Positions 1 to 7,776 of a stretch of 64,000 nucleotides of DNA are shown in pieces. The DNA is from Dictyostelium discoideum (taxonomy: Eukaryota). The stretch spans positions 5,984,001 through 6,048,000 of the forward strand of contig CM000151.3 in the NCBI GenBank assembly GCA_000004695.1, given 5' to 3'. The stretch's first letter is position 1. Each line of letters starts with the position of its first letter. Both the position numbers and the translations under genes were made by a program. Under the pieces are notes generated by a model, which was not told the DNA's origin, did no database searches, and saw only the letters and a list, made by a program, of their open reading frames with translations.

Positions 1-5
1 AGTAG

Positions 6-503
6 TATTCTTTAACTGGAAGTAGATTAGCTGCTGCCATTGGAATTGATCGATACACTTCACAACATGATATAAAATTAATATTGGCGAAAAAGAAAAC
101 CCCATTCTTTAGTGACTACTGTAAAAAGGCAATGGGACATGGAAAACACCAAGAACCAAAAGCAAGAGAATTTTATTTTAATGAATTGGAGACTTCAATT
201 ATCGAAAAGGGTATCTTTCCATTGCCAGGCGACAAAAGAATTGGATGTTCTCCTGATAGGGTAATTTACACAACAGTACCTGGTAAAGATGGAGTTTTAC
301 AGCGTGAAGGAGTTATTGAAATTAAATGTCCACTATCTGCCACGAACTTCAGTGGCCTAAAGAATGGTAGAAAACCTGATGCCTTAGCTAATGCTCAGAA
401 AATACCTCTAGATTACATTCCACAAATATTTGCAAACATGGCATGTACTGGGGCACAATGGTGTGATTATATATGTTGGGTTCCAGGTGGTATACTTTTG
501 TAG
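6..503 (+). CDS. YqaJ-like viral-recombinase/PD-(D/E)XK exonuclease domain protein, 5'-partial (open from nt 6; window edge, probable upstream exon)
   Basis: In-frame translation from nt 6 is YSLTGSRLAAAIGIDRY...GCSPDRV...GVIEIKCP...IPLDYIPQIFANMACTGAQWCDYICWVP. This matches the YqaJ/lambda-exo family motifs (iTaSxxaai.G, SPDG, ExK-CP, IPxxYxxQvQxQMxvTG..cDf). No ATG start is present: the track ORF 84..503 starts at TTG. All three frames are closed before nt 6, and nt 1-5 (agtag) could be an intron acceptor. Codon usage is GC-richer (GGC, CGT, GCC, CTA) than surrounding host genes. Confidence 0.5.
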   Translation, partial: YSLTGSRLAAAIGIDRYTSQHDIKLILAKKKTPFFSDYCKKAMGHGKHQEPKAREFYFNELETSIIEKGIFPLPGDKRIGCSPDRVIYTTVPGKDGVLQREGVIEIKCPLSATNFSGLKNGRKPDALANAQKIPLDYIPQIFANMACTGAQWCDYICWVPGGILL

Positions 504-699
504 AAGGGTATTCTTTGATACAAATGTATGGAAATTTATTTATTCGTTATCAAAATTATTTATAGATACACCTTTAAATGAAATACCTTTAAAGAATGAA
601 AAAACATTAATAATAAATACATTACTCTTACAGAAACTTAAAGTTTTAAATCCACACCTAAATATTCATGTACGAACTAAATTATCAAAAAAAATAATA

Positions 700-1125
700 A
701 AAAATAAAAAAAATAATTTCTAATGGCTTATAATAATAATTCTTTTATTTTAAAATAATAAAAAATAGAAAAAGTTTTAAAAAAAAATAATAAAAAAAAA
801 AATTCTAATGGCTTTTATAAAGATTATTTTAAAATTGAAAAAAATAAAAAAATTTAAATTTGTAAACTGATTAATGTTACACTATTAATGTCTTCGAAAT
901 ATCTATTGAATTTTCTAAAGATATTTGAAGGTTTCAGAGAAACAGTTTTTTAGGAATAATTAATGATTTTTTCTAATGGTTTTTCTAATGATTTTCAGTA
1001 TAATGATTTTTAAGATAATAAAAAATTGATTTTTTTTTGGGGTTTTGGGGAAAAGATATTTATTGGAGAATATTTCCTAGTTTCTTTATAATCATTTTAC
1101 AAAAAAAAATTTTCTAACGGTTTGA
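700..1125. repeat. Dispersed array of motif (A)TTCTAATGGYTT (about 5 copies near 717, 808, 974, 986, 1113), plus two degenerate ~45-bp direct units beginning GGGGTTTTGGGG.../GGGGTTTAGGTG...
   Basis: Read directly from the sequence. The motif copies are each embedded in A/T-rich spacer downstream of the YqaJ ORF. Confidence 0.4.
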
Positions 1126-1631
1126 TTATAATCATCATGGGGTTTAGGTGAAAAGAAATTTATTAGGGAATGTTTTGTTTTTCAATTCATTTTCAAAAAT
1201 ATATAAATAATGGTTAATGTAAATTTTTGTAAGGTACCAAGAGGAAAGAATGGAGAAAATGTTAAAGTATGTCTATTCATATAGTTAAAAAAAAATATAA
1301 ATTTATTAAATATAAATATAAATTAACATCATTTTTTTCTTATTTTTTTTATAGGTTCTTAATAATGATTATTTGACAATCATACAGTTTAAAATTAAAA
1401 AATTGTTTTAAACCATCACTTTTTTTGAACACATGAAAATAAATAAGAAATAAAAATAAAAAGATAAAAAAAGATTTTTTTTTTTTTTTTTATTTTATAA
1501 TTATTCTTGTCGTCAGTATTGTTACTATAATTAATCCCATGAGTTTTTTTTATTATTATTTTTAATTCTTTTATATTTGAGATGATTATTATTAATTAAA
1601 TGACTTTGAGTTTTTTTTTTTATTTTTCTAT

Positions 1632-1805
1632 GCCCAAAATTACCATATTAATTTCGGCAGCCATATTAATTTCAGCCTAAAATAGTTGGTCTGTGCATGC
1701 CAAAATAATATGGCTGCTGAAATTAATATGGTATTACTAGCAGACATAAGTCCCATGCCAAAACTATCATATTAATTTCAGCAGCCATATTAATTTTGGC
1801 ATGGG
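1632..1805. repeat. Structured repeat cluster: three ~45-bp units in forward / inverted / forward orientation, each containing two copies of CCATATTAATTTC and flanked by CATGCCAAAA / TTTTGGCATG arms
   Basis: Unit 1 is 1632-1678 (gcccaaaattaccatattaatttcggcagccatattaatttcagcc). Unit 2 is 1696-1738 and is its reverse complement (catgccaaaataatatggctgctgaaattaatatggta). Unit 3 is 1755-1805 (catgccaaaactatcatattaatttcagcagccatattaattttggcatg). The 13-mer CCATATTAATTTC occurs about 6 times in both orientations. Confidence 0.7.
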
Positions 1806-2057
1806 ACATTCCATCGATTTAAATTTTTCTAAAGTTTTTTTATTTTTTTATTTAATTAATTATTTATTTTTTTATCTTTGTAAAGCAATGACTGATTTTG
1901 ATATTAGTGATTCAGAAGAAAAAGATATTAGAAAAAATGATGTAAAAGTAAGAAAAAAAATTGAAAAAAAAATTAACACCAATGGTGCACCTGATGACCA
2001 ATTTGTCATTACATAAAAACAAAAATGAATAAATGGTGGCAACAATGTGTCCCTTAA

Positions 2058-2825
2058 AAGTATATTTTTGAAGAGTGGTCGCCACATATAATTCAAAAAA
2101 TCTTTGATAGAAATAAGGCCATTATTGATGCTGGTTTACAAAAATATACCGATACTAGAATTCTCTTTATTTTAGATGATATTATTGGTGAAGATAGTTT
2201 TAAAAACGATGAAGTTTTAAAAAATGTTTTTATTTTGGGTCGTCATTATCATGTTGGATTTATGATATTAACACAGTATGCTTATGCTCTTCATCCATTG
2301 GTTAGAGGTAACACTGATTATGTTTTAACCACACTTCAATCACAAAATCGTCAAAGGGAAGCCATTGCAAAGGATTATGCTGATATTGTTGATAGAAATG
2401 CATTTTATGAACTTTTGGATAAAAATACTACCGATAATCATCTATTGGTTATCGATTTATCAAAGCCAACCATTAATGTCGATGATGTTTTCTCTCGTTT
2501 CAAAGCTGATAATCCAGGGCCATTTAGGGTGGGATCAGAAAAATGCTGGGATAAACATGAAAAACAAATTCAAATGATATATAATAAAGTTAGATTGGAA
2601 ATGGGTTGGTATTCAGAAGAAGATCAAGAGATAAGAAAGAAAAAATTTAAAAAAAAACTTGAAAAACATGAAAAAAAAGAAAAAGAAGTTGAAGTAAATA
2701 TTGAAAAACTTCCAAAATCAATAGAGAAAAAAAATGAAAGTAATGAAGAAGACAATGAAAAAAATCAAATAAATTTTTTAATTTTAATTTTTTTTTTTTT
2801 TTTTTTTTTTATAATCTTTTATTGA
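2058..2825 (+). pseudogene. FtsK-HerA / poxvirus-A32-like DNA-packaging ATPase, C-terminal fragment (Walker B and sensor region present, Walker A region absent)
   Basis: Frame-3 translation after the stop at 2055-2057 gives ...RILFILDDIIGEDSFKNDEVLKNVFILGRHYHVGFMILTQYAYALHPLVRGNTDYV.... This carries the hhhhDD Walker B, the GRHxxxS...TQ sensor and the Arg/Asn-Tyr motifs typical of A32-like packaging ATPases of NCLDV, Polintons and virophages. No GxxGxGK(T/S) occurs in any frame between 1801 and 2057. Confidence 0.45.
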
Positions 2826-3189
2826 TTTCTTTAATGTTTGTTAAAAGTTTTTCTTGAGTTCCAAAAAATGTGAGATAAAATGGGACCCCAAAATTTGGAT
2901 CACCTCTAAATATAGAACTAACACCATTCCCAATGAGAAGTGTTAAACATACACCCATCGATAGCTGAAGGCTCGATGATAAAAGTAAATCATTAGTTGA
3001 TGTTTGATTGATTTTATATCGATAATCTCTCAATAAATCATTTTCCATTATAACATGTAAACTACTATCACCTTTCTTTGGTTCTAAAACATATTTATCG
3101 AATGATTCATCGAGTTTATGGCCAACATATGACCCAATTAATGCTTGTGCTAATCCATGAGAAATTGCTGTAATTACTTCATTAGCCAT
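2809..3189 (-). CDS. hypothetical protein, member 1 (3'-most) of a compact collinear minus-strand ORF cluster
   Basis: ORF of 126 aa (MANEVITAISHGLAQALIGSY...). It starts 8 nt downstream of the stop of the preceding ORF (tagaaaaaaaaATG). Composition is coding-like and GC-richer than host genes. No family recognised. Confidence 0.3.
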   Translation of the reverse strand: MANEVITAISHGLAQALIGSYVGHKLDESFDKYVLEPKKGDSSLHVIMENDLLRDYRYKINQTSTNDLLLSSSLQLSMGVCLTLLIGNGVSSIFRGDPNFGVPFYLTFFGTQEKLLTNIKEINKRL

Positions 3190-3197
3190 TTTTTTTT

Positions 3198-3524
3198 CTA
3201 AAGACCTGTTTTAATATTTGTTCCAATGGATGGTGGTTTTTCTATGTAAATTAGAATATGTTGTCCATGGGCTAACATTACTTCATATTGATTTTCCAAT
3301 GAATGATTGTTGTCGTGAATTTTTTTAACGCTTCTAACTATTAATGCATCACCCGATAAAGTGTGTAATTCATTTTCTCTAATCCACGATTTTGCTGTGG
3401 GATCTAAAGCAATTGTTTTTTTAACATGTGATTCAATTTTATCATGATGATGGTCGTCTGATATTGAAATGAATTGACTATAAATAATTCCAGCTGCTAT
3501 TCCTCCTAATAAATAATAGTTCAT
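3198..3524 (-). CDS. hypothetical protein with N-terminal hydrophobic segment, cluster member 2
   Basis: ORF of 108 aa (MNYYLLGGIAAGIIYSQF...HHHD...). Its ATG lies 4 nt after the stop of the 3529..3726 ORF (taaaaaaaATG). Confidence 0.3.
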   Translation of the reverse strand: MNYYLLGGIAAGIIYSQFISISDDHHHDKIESHVKKTIALDPTAKSWIRENELHTLSGDALIVRSVKKIHDNNHSLENQYEVMLAHGQHILIYIEKPPSIGTNIKTGL

Positions 3525-3528
3525 TTTT

Positions 3529-3726
3529 TTATTTCTTTTTATTTAAAATATCCTTTAGTTTTTCTTCATTTAATTGAATTTGAGATTTTATTTCTTCATC
3601 GGTCTCTTTTCTTTTTTGGGATCTTTCTCTGCTATTCACTTCATTGGTCATCCTAATGGTTTCAGCAATAGCAGCCACCGTTCTTAAAATAACTGGTGTA
3701 CGACCAATATCATACTTTATAACCAA
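3529..3726 (-). CDS. hypothetical small basic protein, cluster member 3
   Basis: ORF of 65 aa (MVIKYDIGRTPVILRTVAAIAETIRMTNE...). It sits immediately upstream of member 2. Confidence 0.25.
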   Translation of the reverse strand: MVIKYDIGRTPVILRTVAAIAETIRMTNEVNSRERSQKRKETDEEIKSQIQLNEEKLKDILNKKK

Positions 3727-3882
3727 CTCTTGGAATGTATCTTTAAAAAAATAAAACCTTAATTGGTTTTGTTTTATTTTGTGTAATAATCTTTATTTTT
3801 TTATTTTTTTTATTTATTTTTTTTTTATTTTTTTTATTTATTCTTATTTTTGCAATGATCTTTATTTTTTATTATTTTCTTT

Positions 3883-4230
3883 TTATTTTTCTTCTTTTTT
3901 TGTTGGGATATCTGTTCTTTTTCGTGTACCAGGAAAATTAAGATCCAAAATATTGATGGTAAAGAAATCTTGAATATTTTTATCTTGAACTAAATGATCC
4001 TCACCAATATAGTAGTTTAATACATCTCTGAATTGAAAAGGAGGTAAGGAACCATCTTCGTTAACTTTGAGTGATTGATAAAGTATTGATGCAGTTTTAT
4101 ACATTTCAAGTCTTTCTACTACTTCCTTGATACATTCTGCTGTACAATTTTTCCCAAATTCAAATTCCAATAAGTTATCATATTGAAAAAGGTTTTCAGT
4201 AAAATTTGGGTGGTGGTGGTTACGGTTCAT
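3883..4230 (-). CDS. hypothetical protein, cluster member 4
   Basis: ORF of 115 aa (MNRNHHHPNFTENLFQYDNLLEFEFGKNCTAECIKEVVERLEMYK...). Its sequence is not low-complexity. Confidence 0.3.
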   Translation of the reverse strand: MNRNHHHPNFTENLFQYDNLLEFEFGKNCTAECIKEVVERLEMYKTASILYQSLKVNEDGSLPPFQFRDVLNYYIGEDHLVQDKNIQDFFTINILDLNFPGTRKRTDIPTKKEEK

Positions 4231-4258
4231 TTTTTTTTCTCTGTGTCAAAAATGAAAA

Positions 4259-4525
4259 TTATTTGTGTGAATTAAAAATAAAAATAAAAACAAAAATATA
4301 AAAAAAAAAAAATAAAAAAAAAAAATTGAAAAAAAAGGTCAACCCATGAGGAGCCATATTCCCGAAAACAAAGTATACCCCATTCCCATTAAAATGATTA
4401 ACTCTGGGCCAGACACCATTGGCGTTTTTTCTAATGAACATAATATCGTTAAACCATTGCGTGTTTGGAGTTATAGAATTGTCGTTGATAATACCAACAT
4501 AGTGATGTGAGTTACAGGAATTCAC
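4259..4525 (-). CDS. hypothetical ORF, cluster member 5 (5'-most); C-terminal part runs into a poly-F/low-complexity tract and may be truncated or a pseudogene
   Basis: ORF MNSCNSHHYVGIINDNSITPNTQWFNDIMFIRKNANGVWPRVNHFNGNGVYFVFGNMAPHG..., on the same strand as and 28 bp from member 4. Confidence 0.2.
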   Translation of the reverse strand: MNSCNSHHYVGIINDNSITPNTQWFNDIMFIRKNANGVWPRVNHFNGNGVYFVFGNMAPHGLTFFFNFFFLFFFFYIFVFIFIFNSHK

Positions 4526-4845
4526 AAAAAAAAAAGGATCAATAAAATAATTTTTAATAAAATTTTCATTTGGAGATAGTTATTTATATGAAGTATAATA
4601 TAATAAAAATAAAAAAATAAAAAAAATTTATACAAAAATAAAATGGTGAGAAAAATATTAATGTTTTTGAGTAAATTAGGTAAAAATTAAAAAATAATTT
4701 TTTTTATTTATTATTTTTTTTTTTTAATTTACAAATTTATTTATTATTTATTTATAATTTCTCACTTAAAAAATTAAGTAGTCATTGTTATTATTATTTT
4801 TTTTATTTTTTTTTTATTTTTATTTATTATTTTTTTTATTTTTTT

Positions 4846-5271
4846 TTGTTTTTATTTATTTTTTTTTTTATTTTTTTTTTGCTGTATATCGGTAAAGCAT
4901 CCCATCAAGAAGGAAGGGGTTTGTACAACAGAGGTTACACAGATCTAACTGGTGGCTCAAGGAGATGGGGGAATCCAAATTCAGACCCACCAGAAATGGC
5001 AAATGCTGAAGTTTTAATGTATTATAGAGGTTTTGATGGTCCAGTTGCTGGTCATGCTGAGTGGTGGTTCCTTTCAGTATTTGGGTGTCCAGAAAATAGT
5101 TTCAACGAGGGTGGTTTAAGGACATCTGAACACAGTTATGGCGCAGGTCAATGGAATTTTTTCCATGCAAATGCTCCCCCAGTTAATGTTCGTCAATATA
5201 TTATAAATCAAGATCCATCCCCCGGTTTTTTTTTAGATTTCAAAACTATCCATCTGCTCCAAGTATTATAA
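4846..5271 (+). CDS. hypothetical protein (GC-richer ORF; possible upstream start or exon unclear, internal ATG at 4996)
   Basis: ORF ...GKASHQEGRGLYNRGYTDLTGGSRRWGNPNSDPPEMANAEVLMYYRGFDGPVAGHAEWWFLSVFGCPENSFNEGGLRTSEHSYGAGQWNFFHANAPPVNV.... It uses many GC-rich codons that are unusual for Dictyostelium. Confidence 0.3.
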   Translation: MFLFIFFFIFFLLYIGKASHQEGRGLYNRGYTDLTGGSRRWGNPNSDPPEMANAEVLMYYRGFDGPVAGHAEWWFLSVFGCPENSFNEGGLRTSEHSYGAGQWNFFHANAPPVNVRQYIINQDPSPGFFLDFKTIHLLQVL

Positions 5272-5348
5272 GAAGAATTGTTGAATGTGAAACTGAACGA
5301 TTACACGCTGAAGGTCTTTCAGTTAAAGTTCCTGGTCTTCAAAATCAA

Positions 5349-6095
5349 GTGGTACATTTTCAAAATCAAGTGGTAAATCTTCAAAATGCAAACGAACTAT
5401 TGACAAACTATAATGCTTATTTGGCTGCAGCTCTTCTTAATGCTATGCCTCAGATTCCAAATCTAGATGGTTTTCTACCAGTATACGGTCCTGGGTTGGA
5501 AGTTTCAAGTGAAGCTATTCGTAATTGGAATGAAGCAAGAAAAAATGGCGGTGGTGGTATTGGTGGTGGTATCGGTGGCGGTGGTATTGGTGGTATTGGT
5601 GGTATCGGTGGGGTAGATGATGGTAAAAAGGGTGATGGTAAAAGAGGTTCAGGTGGTGCGGATGGTGCACATGATGGTTGGTTAAAATCTGGCTGTATTT
5701 GTCCAGAAACTCCTCCTTGTCCAGTAGTAATTCCATGTCCAGAGCCAGTGGTTTGTAATATAGCAAAAATTCAAATTCAATTGAATTCAACCATAAAAAG
5801 TTTGGATGAATGCAAAAAACAAAAGGACCAAACCAATGATAACCTCAACGTCTGCAAGTCCCATAAAGATGAGACACAAGATTGGCTCACCGACTGTCAA
5901 AAAGAATATGTTAAACAAACAAGTCATTCATCCAAAGATGATACTCTAATTTCTCTCAGAAACTGCCAAGCCGAATACCAAAAAGAAACATTCAAAAAAG
6001 ATAAGCTCTGCCGTGGTTTGTCCAAACATATCATTGGTTATCTCGATTTCTGTGAAGATAAGGTAGAAAAGCTCAAACTCGCTAATTGTGAATAG
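5349..6095 (+). CDS. hypothetical Gly-rich (GGGIGGG repeats) and Cys-rich protein; frame is open upstream to about 5222, so it may be spliced or frameshifted to the 4846 ORF
   Basis: ORF MVHFQNQVVNLQ...GGGGIGGGIGGGGIGGIGGIGG...CICPETPPCPVVIPCPEPVVC...CQKEY...CQAEY.... It starts at GTG in the track. The same frame continues upstream (…RIVECETERLHAEGLSVKVPGLQNQ). Confidence 0.3.
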   Translation: MVHFQNQVVNLQNANELLTNYNAYLAAALLNAMPQIPNLDGFLPVYGPGLEVSSEAIRNWNEARKNGGGGIGGGIGGGGIGGIGGIGGVDDGKKGDGKRGSGGADGAHDGWLKSGCICPETPPCPVVIPCPEPVVCNIAKIQIQLNSTIKSLDECKKQKDQTNDNLNVCKSHKDETQDWLTDCQKEYVKQTSHSSKDDTLISLRNCQAEYQKETFKKDKLCRGLSKHIIGYLDFCEDKVEKLKLANCE

Positions 6096-6518
6096 TTTTC
6101 TCATTTTTAAAAAAAAAAAAAAACAAAAAAAAAAAAATCATATAATGGTTTCCTTTATGAAATCAATAAAAAAATTCTTTAAATAAAATTTTTAATCTTA
6201 TTTTAAAAAAATTCTTTTAATGAAATCCATTATTTTCATTTTTTATAATTTTATTGAACTTTATTGAAAATAATTAGATATTGTTATTTCCAATGGTTTT
6301 AGATTGATAACGGTATAGATGTGACCATTAAATAGAAAACTATTAAAAATTGAGCCAAAGAAAAATCAACGATTTTTAATGGTTGTTTAAAGATTTCCTA
6401 TAGAAAATTTAAAATGATTTTTTTAAAAATATTTCAAAACCAATGTCATAAAATAAAAATTCTCAATTACTAAATATAAACATGTATAGATCATTAGGTT
6501 TATTTTTAAAAAAAAACG

Positions 6519-6773
6519 ATGGGTGCCCGTCAAAAAAAAGAAATTGAAGCAGATCCTGAAAGGGTAAAATTAATAAAAATTAAAAAAACACAAAAAAGAT
6601 TGGCCGAACAAGAAGAAAGAAGAAGGTTGATGCAAGAAGAAAGTGAAAGAAGACGATTGCAAAGACTTAGAGAAAAACAAGAGCCAATTAGAACCTTTGC
6701 AACTGCACAAGAAGCTCAACGATATATACCCAAACCTGGTAACTTTGCACGTAAAAGAGGTGCTAGAAATTAA
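6519..6773 (+). CDS. small basic charged (K/R/E-rich) protein, hypothetical
   Basis: ATG-initiated 84-aa ORF MGARQKKEIEADPERVKLIKIKKTQKRLAEQEERRRLMQEESERRRLQRLREK.... It uses the typical Dictyostelium AAA/GAA-rich codons. Confidence 0.35.
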   Translation: MGARQKKEIEADPERVKLIKIKKTQKRLAEQEERRRLMQEESERRRLQRLREKQEPIRTFATAQEAQRYIPKPGNFARKRGARN

Positions 6774-6846
6774 AAAAGAAAAAAGAAAAATAATTGAAAG
6801 AAATAAAAAAAAAAAAATTAAAAATTAAAAAAAAAATAAACTACAT

Positions 6847-6900
6847 CTCTTATATAAGAGGTGGCAATAGATAATAAAAGTACAATTAGAATTATTTTTT
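6847..6900 (-). pseudogene. 5' fragment of the small Cys-rich secreted-protein gene (truncated copy)
   Basis: The reverse complement encodes MKKIILIVLLLSIATS..., matching the N-termini of the 10199..10444 and 13672..13920 ORFs. Similarity stops at 6850. Confidence 0.5.
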
Positions 6901-7741
6901 TCATTTTTATTATATTTGTTTTTTTTTATTATTATTAAAAATTTGAAAAATAGATATTGGTATAATATTTAAATTATAAAAGTAAATAAAATTTTAAAAA
7001 GTATTTATATTAAAAAAAAAAAAAGAAAATTTTATTAGAAAAAATAAAAAAAAAAATAAAAATAGTTATTAATTATTAAAAAAAAAAAATTTGAAAAGTA
7101 AAGGTGCACCCATCTTAAAAACAAAAAAGGATGACTACATCGATCTTTTATTCCATAATTGTTATTTGAATATGACGACAAAAATTTTAAGCACCTATTG
7201 TAAATCAAAGAAAAAAATAAAAATAATTTTAAAAAGGTAACTTGCCAATACATAGATTTTATACCAATTTTTTAAAATATTTGAGAAAAATATTTATAAT
7301 TTATGAATTCCATTGGTTATTTTAAAATTAAAAAAAGTAAAATAATCTATAGATTTTACAGATAATTTTTAAAACCATGTGCAATTTAGTGTGTGGGTGA
7401 AAAAAATAAATTTAGATTTAACAAAAAAAAAAAAATTAAAAAAAAAAATAAATAAATAAATGAAAAAAATAAAATAGGAACTGGTTTAAATTGTTAAAAG
7501 TCATAATGATAAAAAATGTCAACTTGTGAAATAACAAGTGGTAATTGTAGGAATTTTCCATTGATTTTAGCAGTTGATTGTGCAATAATTATTCCAAATA
7601 CTAATTTTATTCATTCATTTTTAATTTATTCCTTGAGAATTTAAGTTCTAATTCAAAAAAATAATTTATTTTTAATTATATTTATTAATTGAGAATTTAA
7701 ACTAACTACATTTATAGTTATATTTTAATTTTTTTAGTGTC

Positions 7742-7776
<35 letters not shown>

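Noticed and set aside
1801-2016. ORF 1801..2016 as the missing N-terminus (Walker A) of the packaging ATPase
   Set aside because: Its translation (MGHSIDLNFSKVFLFF...MTDFDISDSEEKDIRKND...) has no P-loop. No frame between 1801 and 2057 encodes GxxGxGK(T/S). The ATPase is therefore called a 5'-truncated fragment.
3779-3973. Poly-F/poly-K small ORFs in A/T-rich spacers (3779..3973, 7035..7253, 15337..15567, 18077..18265, 19127..19354, 28476..28679, 31698..31919, 44961..45155, 50251..50520, 60812..61090)
   Set aside because: These are translations of homopolymer-rich intergenic or intronic DNA with no coding signal.
2809-4230. Interpreting the compact minus-strand ORFs as mitochondrial DNA inserted in the nucleus (NUMT)
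   Set aside because: I recognise none of the ORFs as mitochondrially encoded proteins. The adjacent YqaJ and A32 genes are not mitochondrial. This is left as a check (BLAST against mitochondrial DNA), not as a call.
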